Part shown: piece by piece, positions 55,831 to 64,000 of the stretch
Layout: the number at the start of each line of letters is the position of its first letter
Position numbering within the stretch: position 1 is the first letter of the stretch
DNA from: Eledone cirrhosa
Lineage: Eukaryota
DNA length: 64,000 nucleotides
Assembly (NCBI GenBank): GCA_964016885.1
Contig: OZ024748.1
Span: forward strand, 41,416,001 to 41,480,000
Reading direction: 5' to 3'
Made by a program: the position numbers and the translations under genes
Notes under the pieces: model-generated
Told to the model about the DNA's origin: nothing
Databases searched by the model: none
The model's input: only the letters and a program-made list of their open reading frames with translations

Positions 55831-55905
<75 letters not shown>

Positions 55906-55923
55906 GTCTACATGTATGTAGAC

Positions 55924-55981
<58 letters not shown>

Positions 55982-56222
55982 TACATGTATGTAGATTGTG
56001 TCTATGTTTAATTGTTCATAACACTTTATTATTTAAAACTATCCGACCATACAAATTAAAATATTTTAAAATTTTATATTTTTATATTATTAAATATTTT
56101 AAATATTTTATGTCCCTCGTTTAATTTTGATGTTTTCTCTAAAACAAAATAAAAAAAAATAATAAATTACTTGAGAGCATTCTATTTCATTCTTTATATT
56201 CCTCCCTTTAACACGACACCGC

Positions 56223-56308
<86 letters not shown>

Positions 56309-56398
56309 TGCTTTTGTTCAAAGAAATCATTATTACTTTTGCAAAAGATATCTACGTTTATCGTCTTAATCATCATCATCATCATTCTTCACCACCAC

Positions 56399-56478
<80 letters not shown>

Positions 56479-56571
56479 CTATTAACATCATTCTCCACCA
56501 CCATCGTCGTCGTTTTCATCCCCAACATCACCATCATCATCATCATCATCATCGCTACCATCATCATCATC

Positions 56572-56603
<32 letters not shown>

Positions 56604-56671
56604 CATTCCCAGCAGTAGCAGTAATGTACAGCCATCTCCCAATTCCTACCTTACACACACACACACACACA

Positions 56672-56736
<65 letters not shown>

Positions 56737-56891
56737 CGAACTCGCCACCTAACTATGGAAACATCTTGTTGAGTCAAACAAAGCCGTACGTTAAAACTAT
56801 CCACGACGCAGAGTACTCACAACCTCTAACTGGATTACCTATAACGATAACTTGTTATCCCATATATATATACACACACACACACACACAT

Positions 56892-56960
<69 letters not shown>

Positions 56961-57799
56961 TAACGAAGGAATTGTGGTAAGGAACCAGATGGACCATAAC
57001 GCACCAGGGTACTCAATACTTAGGGTAGTAGAGTGGGAAATAGGAAAAAGTATGACCCCGACGGCAGAGCTCAAGCCGTTTCGACGGCTTGATATATATA
57101 TATATATATATGAGAGCGAGAGAGAGGGAGGGAGAGAGAGGGGGGAGAGGGAGAACTTTCGTACATATGCAGATAAACATATTAGGAACATCTTAATAAA
57201 AATTGCTATAAACGATCTCTCTCTCTCCCTCTCTTTCATTCTTTCTCCCATACTCTATCTTTCTCTTACTCTCTCCCCCACACACAGACACACACAAACC
57301 CACACACACATTCATTATACAATATTATTTCTAACACACATATTATGGGAATTGTTTCTGGTTTCAAGCCTCACATTATCAATACTTCCTCCATTTTGTT
57401 GGGGGAGTGGGGGTGGAGATGAATGTGGATGGTTGAGGGGCGGTAGTTTATTTGTTTTGGTTTTTGGTTTTCGTTTTATTTAAACCTTTATATTCAGATA
57501 TAAAATTTTATTTAATATTTGATTGGTTTTTATTTTGTTTTGTTTTTTTTTGTTTTTATTTTTACGAAAATAAATTTTGTTGCATTGAAATTAAAATGTA
57601 TGTCTACCAAGGGACATATTCAACAGTCATTCATAACGACATCAAACTGTTTTAAAAATCCTCTTTCCATGTTTCTCCGAGTTCGTCAAACCAAGCAGAT
57701 GGTGTGGAGATTTTCCAGAGAAAGAATTAGTTCGTATCTTACCACCAAACACTACACTAGGAACTTGGTCAACATTCTACCCTTTTTAGATGATACACT

Positions 57800-58162
57800 G
57801 TGTAGTAGGTCTCCTTCAGTCATGACTGACCTTAGGTCTGTAGTAGATCTCCTTCAGTCACGACTGACCTTCATGACTGACCTTAGGTCTGTAGTAGATC
57901 TCCTTCAGTCACGACTGACCTTCATGACTGACCTTAGGTCTGTAGTAGGTCTCATTCAGTCACGACTGACCTTCATTACTGACCTTAGGTCTGTAGTAGG
58001 TCTCATTCAGTCACGACTGACCTTCATGACTGACCTTAGGTCTGTGGTAGATCTCCTTCAGTCGTGACTGACCTTAGGTTTATAGTAGGCCTCCTTCAGT
58101 CACGACTGGCCTTCATGACTGACCTCAGGTTTGTAGTAGGTTTCAACTGACCTTAGGTTTGT
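57800..58162. repeat. 51-bp minisatellite, about 6-7 copies
   Basis: Unit CATGACTGACCTTAGGTCTGTAGTAGATCTCCTTCAGTCACGACTGACCTT, starting at 57821, 57872 and onward. Confidence 0.9.
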
Positions 58163-58239
58163 ACCTGGGATGTTCCCCTCCGAGGCCCAAGACTGGTAAA
58201 ATATTGTGCGGAACACAAGCAGTTGTTCATGTACGCTCG

Positions 58240-60255
58240 TCTACCTTCTCCATACCTCCAATATTGTCCAAAGACACCAACACAGATTGTCACCAATCTA
58301 CCCTCTCCATACCTCCAATATTGTCCAAAGACACCAACACAGCTTGTCACCAATCTACCCTCTCCACACCTCCAATATTGACCAAAGAGACCAACACAGT
58401 TTGGCACCAATCTACCCTCTCCACACCTCCAATATTGTCCAAAGACACCAACACAGCTTGTCACCAATCTATCTTCTCCATACCTCCAATATTGTCCAAA
58501 GACACCAACACAGCTTGTCACCAATCTACCCTCTCCACACCTCCAATATTGACCAAAGAGATCAACACAGTTTGGCACCAATCTACCCTCTCCACACCTC
58601 CAATATTGTCCAAAGACACCAACACAGCTTGTCACCAATCTACCCTCTCCACACCTCCAATATTGACCAAAGACACCAACACAGTTTGGCACCAATCTAC
58701 CCTCTCCACACCTCCAATATTGTCCAAAGACACCAACACAGCTTGTCACCAATCTACCCTCTCCATACCTCCAATATTGACCAAAGACACCAACACAGTT
58801 TGGCACCAATCTACCCTCTCCACACCTCCAATATTGTCCAAAGACACCAACACAGCTTGTCACCAATCTACCCTCTCCATACCTCCAATATTGACCAAAG
58901 ACACCAACACAGTTTGGCACCAATCTACCCTCTCCACACCTCCAATATTGTCCAAAGACACCAACACAGCTTGTCACCAATCTACCCTCTCCATACCTCC
59001 AATATTGACCAAAGACACCAACACAGTTTGGCACCAATCTACCCTCTCCACACCTCTAATATTGTCCAAAGACACCAACACAGCTTGTCACCAATCTACC
59101 CTCTCCATACCTCCAATATTGACCAAAGACACCAACACAGCTTGTGACCAATCTACCCTCTCCACACCTCCAATATTGTCCAAAGACACCAACACAGCTT
59201 GTCACCAATCTACCCTCTCCACACCTCCAATATTGTCCAAAGACACCAACACAGCTTGTCACCAATCTACCCTCTCCATACCTCCAATATTGACCAAAAA
59301 CACCAACACAGCTTGTGACCAATCTACCTTCTCCACACCTCCAATATTGTCCAAAGACACCAACACAGCTTGTCACCAATCTACCCTCTCCATACCTCCA
59401 ATATTGACCAAAGACACCAACACAGTTTGGCACCAATCTACCCTCTCCACACCTCCAATATTGACCAAAGACACCAACACAGTTTGGCACCAATCTACCC
59501 TCTCCATACCTCCAATATTGACCAAAGACACCAACACAGCTTGTCACCAATCTACCCTCTCCATACCTCCAATATTGACCAAAAACACCAACACAGCTTG
59601 TGACCAATCTACCTTCTCCACACCTCCAATATTGTCCAAAGACACCAACACAGCTTGTCACCAATCTACCCTCTCCATACCTCCAATATTGACCAAAGAC
59701 ACCAACACAGTTTGGCACCAATCTACCCTCTCCACACCTCCAATATTGACCAAAGACACCAACACAGTTTGGCACCAATCTACCCTCTCCATACCTCCAA
59801 TATTGACCAAAGACACCAACACAGCTTGTCACCAATCTACCCTCTCCACACCTCCAATATTGACCAAAGACACCAACACAGTTTGGCACCAATCTACCCT
59901 CTCCATACCTCCAATATTGACCAAAAACACCAACACAGCTTGTGACCAATCTACCTTCTCCACACCTCCAATATTGTCCAAAGACACCAACACAGCTTGG
60001 CACCAATCTACCTTCTCCACACCTCCAATATTGACCAAAGACACCAACACAGCTTGGCACCAATCTACCTTCTCCACACCTCCAATATTGACCAAAGACA
60101 CCAACACAGCTTGTGACCAATCTACCCTCTCCATACCTCCAATATTGACCAAAGACACCAACACAGCTTGTCACCAATCTACCCTCTCCATACCTCCAAT
60201 ATTGTCCAAAGACACCAACACAGCTTGTCACCAATCTACCCTCCCCATACCTCCA
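58240..60255. repeat. 57-bp minisatellite, about 35 copies
   Basis: Unit TCTACCCTCTCCACACCTCCAATATTGTCCAAAGACACCAACACAGCTTGTCACCAA, giving a 19-aa periodicity in the ORF track. Confidence 0.95.
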
Positions 60256-60269
60256 CACACCCAATCTGC

Positions 60270-60420
60270 TCTCTCAACTCATTTCCTCCTTCTGAGGGAA
60301 CTGAAACAATGTGAAATAGACTGACACACTCAAGGATACAACACACCACCAAGTCTGGGAACCAAACTCAAGACCTTGCGATAGTAATCCCGACATCCTA
60401 ACCACTAAGTCACATACCTT
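60270..60420 (-). mobile_element. decayed tRNA-SINE head
   Basis: Reverse strand reads TGACTTAGTGGTTAGGATG...CCTTGAG...TATTTCACATTG, similar to 2016-2160. Confidence 0.7.
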
Positions 60421-61106
60421 CAGTACACTGGTTTAGATAAATTAGATTAGTTGAAGTGATTGTTGTAAGCAGTGGGAGCAGAGTATAACTGACGAGTGTT
60501 TTGCTAGTCTACAGTGGATATTGGGAGTGGTGGTGTGTTGTATGTGAAGTGATTAGGGAGGAGATTATATATATATACAGTATATATATATATATTGTAA
60601 ATGATCGCCTGAGATTTGAACTCATTATTATTGATTTTTCACTGCTCCTTCGTTGAGCTGATTTTAGCCCCATACAAACAGCTGTTATTTCTAGCAGCAC
60701 GAGTATGAGGCTAGCTAGACACTGGATAACCGCATGAGGTTACCTCGTGCGCTAAACAGTCTTCCTAAATATTTTGAAGTGGAACATACCAATTTTTATA
60801 GTGCTTGCTGAGGAGATCAAAATGCGGTATTTTCTTCCACTTTTTCATTATTCGAAACATATTTGGATTTTAGGGTTTAAACCTGTCTACGGAACAGGTT
60901 TGATTTTGAAATTTAAATTTGTCCAAGCACTACGGCCATTGCCAGTACAATTTGTTTTTGTTGATTTATGATGTATTATCTTAAGTCATGATAGGCAAAC
61001 TGTAATATTATTATTAGTATATTTCTATCTAGCTAACTTGGTCATTTATAATACAAACATAAATATGAGGATATTTGTGTTTATCAAATATATTGATTTG
61101 TGTTAA

Positions 61107-61189
<83 letters not shown>

Positions 61190-61224
61190 AGATCAAAATA
61201 TGGTTAAATGAGTTGAGTTCCATG

Positions 61225-61295
61225 TATTTTATTATGCGCATTTCAAAAACAAATATCATCATACAATAACATTTGTGTTTTCATCAGATAAAATG
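61225..61295 (-). ncRNA. hammerhead ribozyme (family of 19586-19656)
   Basis: Reverse complement of the CTGATGA...GAAATGCGCATA/ATAAAA motif. Confidence 0.8.
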
Positions 61296-61415
61296 GGAAG
61301 ACATGATATGAAGGTTAAAAACACTTGTGGATAGTGCAGTTTTAAATCAACATATATATGTTGATTTAAAACTGCACTATCCACAAGTGTTTTTAACCTT
61401 CATATCATGTCTTCC

Positions 61416-61486
61416 CATTTTATCTGATGAAAACACAAATGTTATTGCATGATGATATTTGTTTTGGAAATGCGCATAATAAAATA
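61416..61486 (+). ncRNA. hammerhead ribozyme (family of 19586-19656)
   Basis: ATTTTAT CTGATGA...GAAA TGCGCA TA/ATAAAAT. Confidence 0.8.
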
Positions 61487-61632
61487 CATGGAACTCATTT
61501 AACCATCTTTTGATCTTATATATTATGTATACTCCAGTCCTACAAACTGTAGAGTGCTTCTTATCCGATATCTGCATTGCTTTATTGTACTACAATAAAA
61601 CTCACCTCCTATATATATATATATATATATAT

Positions 61633-62462
61633 ATACATTATGAAGAGAGAAGAAACATTTAGATATAATTAGTAATAAAATGTATCATACCTATACTGCT
61701 CCTAGATTCCTCGACTACGTAGTTTCGTGGCATGAACAAAAACAATACATCATAAAGATATAGAGTCCTTGCGAGGTCTGCCGACTTATCAAGAGGATAC
61801 CTCATTTTACTAGCTTCAAGAACGCGTCTACACGACGTGAGAAAGAATCCCAAAAGGCGGAGGGGGAGATAGTCACGCGATATAACGGTCGAGAAACAGA
61901 GCTAAGCCTCTTATAACCCCGAAGAAAATACCACGGAGGCGGAGGGGGTATTTATATCGAAGCCGTAGAAGAGGTGGTGAAGGAGGAGAGAAGTATGAGT
62001 AATGGCAGCTTTCCAACAGTCACCACACTTTAAAGATTACTCGACCAGAGGGAGTTATGAACAATATATTTAGAAACACACAGATACATGCGGATACACA
62101 CATATACATGAATGCATCCACACCCAACCGTGAGTTAATGGTGCCAACCTTACCGATGTTGCTCAATAAATGACTGGGACAGACCAATCCGGTTGAATTA
62201 GACTGAACCAGTATCAGAGTTAAAAATACATTATGAAGAGAGAAGAAACATTTAGATATAATTAGTAATAAAATGTATCATACCTAATGTTTCTTCTCTC
62301 TTCATAATGTATTCTTAACTCTGATACTGGTTCAGTCTAATTCAACCGGATTGGTCTGTCCCAGTCATTCATTGAGCAACATCGGTAAGGTTGGCACCAT
62401 TAACTCACGGTTGGGTGTGGATGCATTCATGTATATGTGTGTGTCCGCATGTATCTGTGTGT

Positions 62463-62467
<5 letters not shown>
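61633..62467. repeat. combined 60-bp direct repeat and 182-bp inverted repeat
   Basis: Direct repeat at 61633-61693 / 62226-62286. Inverted repeat at 62071-62252 / 62286-62467. (TA)n on both sides. Confidence 0.85.
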
Positions 62468-62503
<36 letters not shown>

Positions 62504-62552
62504 CCGAATTTACTTGCAAACCGCCGCCAGAGATTCGATTTTACTGATTTCC

Positions 62553-62603
<51 letters not shown>

Positions 62604-62712
62604 TATAAGTATTAATAAAATAGATGTTCTTTTGATCAATTACATTTTATTATACATATTTCGGATGTGAAATGAACCATTTAACATCTCAGGGTATGTC
62701 ATGTATCATTAT

Positions 62713-62765
62713 ATTTTGTCTGATGAGGACGTACTGTTGTACATCCGAAATATGTATAATAAAAT
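62713..62765 (+). ncRNA. hammerhead ribozyme within an inverted repeat (about 62597-62669 / 62741-62812)
   Basis: ATTTTGT CTGATGA GGACGTAC-TGTT-GTACATCC GAAA TATGTAT A/ATAAAAT. Confidence 0.8.
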
Positions 62766-62906
62766 GTAATTAATCAAAAGAACATCTATTTTATTAATAC
62801 TTATATTTTAATATTAATAACTCCTGAAAATTATTTTAGCGTTGAGTGCTTCCAATCTACTGTAAAACTCATTCTTTGACATAATCATCGAATATTGTTT
62901 AACAAC

Positions 62907-62950
<44 letters not shown>

Positions 62951-63479
62951 AACGGAAAAAATGAAACGAAATTTCATTTCTCACTCTTAGTACGGCTGTT
63001 ACTTAAATATAAGTATGTATACGTACATACATATGTATACAGACGTACAATAGTATGTATATATATATTCATACATGCACACATATATATATGTACGTAT
63101 GGATTCACCGAACATTTATTATAATGCTCGGTGTGTTTGTAAACAAACATCCCGAATTAAGCCGTAGTGTCTAGCAACCATCGTTGCTCGTTTGTTCAAC
63201 ACTGACAAAGGAACGCTGTACTAGTTTCAAGCTTATTAGCTATCGTCAGCAACGTATACCTTCCTGCCAGATGATTGAACGTCTGAAAGTATATACTTTC
63301 CTTATGCATATTAACGGCTGAGCAGTCTAATTTGCATATCGAGTGGGATACGTACATATATAGATGTGTGCATGTATGTATATATATATACATACTACTG
63401 TGCGTCTGTATACATATGTATGTACGTATACATGCTTATATATATACATATATATATATACATATATATACATATATAT

Positions 63480-63522
<43 letters not shown>

Positions 63523-63525
63523 TAT

Positions 63526-63758
<233 letters not shown>

Positions 63759-63887
63759 AAAGTTATATTTAAAATTGTTGGGTTACAACTAGTAAATATT
63801 TATAACTGGTATAAAAGCACTCGACAAATATTTGGAGTATACTTACAATATTAAATAAATGGAAAACTATATTTATAAAACCATATT

Positions 63888-63953
63888 TATTTCATTATAT
63901 ATATTTCGGGGATATCATATTAACAATATGCTATGCCTTCATCAGACAAAATA
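63888..63953 (-). ncRNA. hammerhead ribozyme
   Basis: Reverse strand reads TATTTTGT CTGATGA A GGCATAGCATATT-GTT-AATATGATATCCCC GAAA TATATA TA/ATGAAATA. Confidence 0.75.
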
Positions 63954-64000
63954 CAATATAAACAGTTTTATAGACAAATAGGTTCGACATACCGTTATAA

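Larger units (their letters stand above)
61184..61610. mobile_element. head-to-head pair of Penelope-like terminal fragments (about 170-bp arms)
   Basis: Centre CAACATATATATGTTG at 61355/61356. The right copy matches 19525-19766. Confidence 0.88.

Noticed and set aside
58159-60324. 721-aa mucin-like Ser/Thr/Pro repeat protein
   Set aside because: The 57-bp unit is open in multiple frames and strands. There is no signal peptide or domain, and the ORF ends inside a SINE remnant. Coding cannot be fully excluded without RNA data.

Overview
AT-rich eukaryotic DNA saturated with (TA)n/(CA)n microsatellites. The SINE and LINE content resembles an octopus (coleoid cephalopod) genome, which is an inference. 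I found no convincing host protein-coding exon; almost all long ORFs in the track are microsatellite or minisatellite artefacts. Mobile elements: a near full-length RTE-clade LINE (APE-RT with a PHD-like finger, two lesions) plus tRNA-SINEs that share its 5' and 3' ends; a complete hAT (Charlie/Buster-type) transposon with TIRs and an 8-bp TSD; an R4/Dong-like restriction-endonuclease LINE end sitting in (CATA)n; two truncated Penelope-like elements (GIY-YIG); many short SINEs; and several minisatellite arrays. The strongest signal not shown by the ORF track is about 14 clear hammerhead-ribozyme motifs (CUGANGA-stem II-GAAA-palindromic stem III-NUH) from about 8 unrelated sequence families, plus degenerate ones. 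Most lie in Penelope-like terminal fragments next to (TA)n tracts, often as inverted-repeat hairpins, and several of the inverted arms break inside ribozyme stem II.
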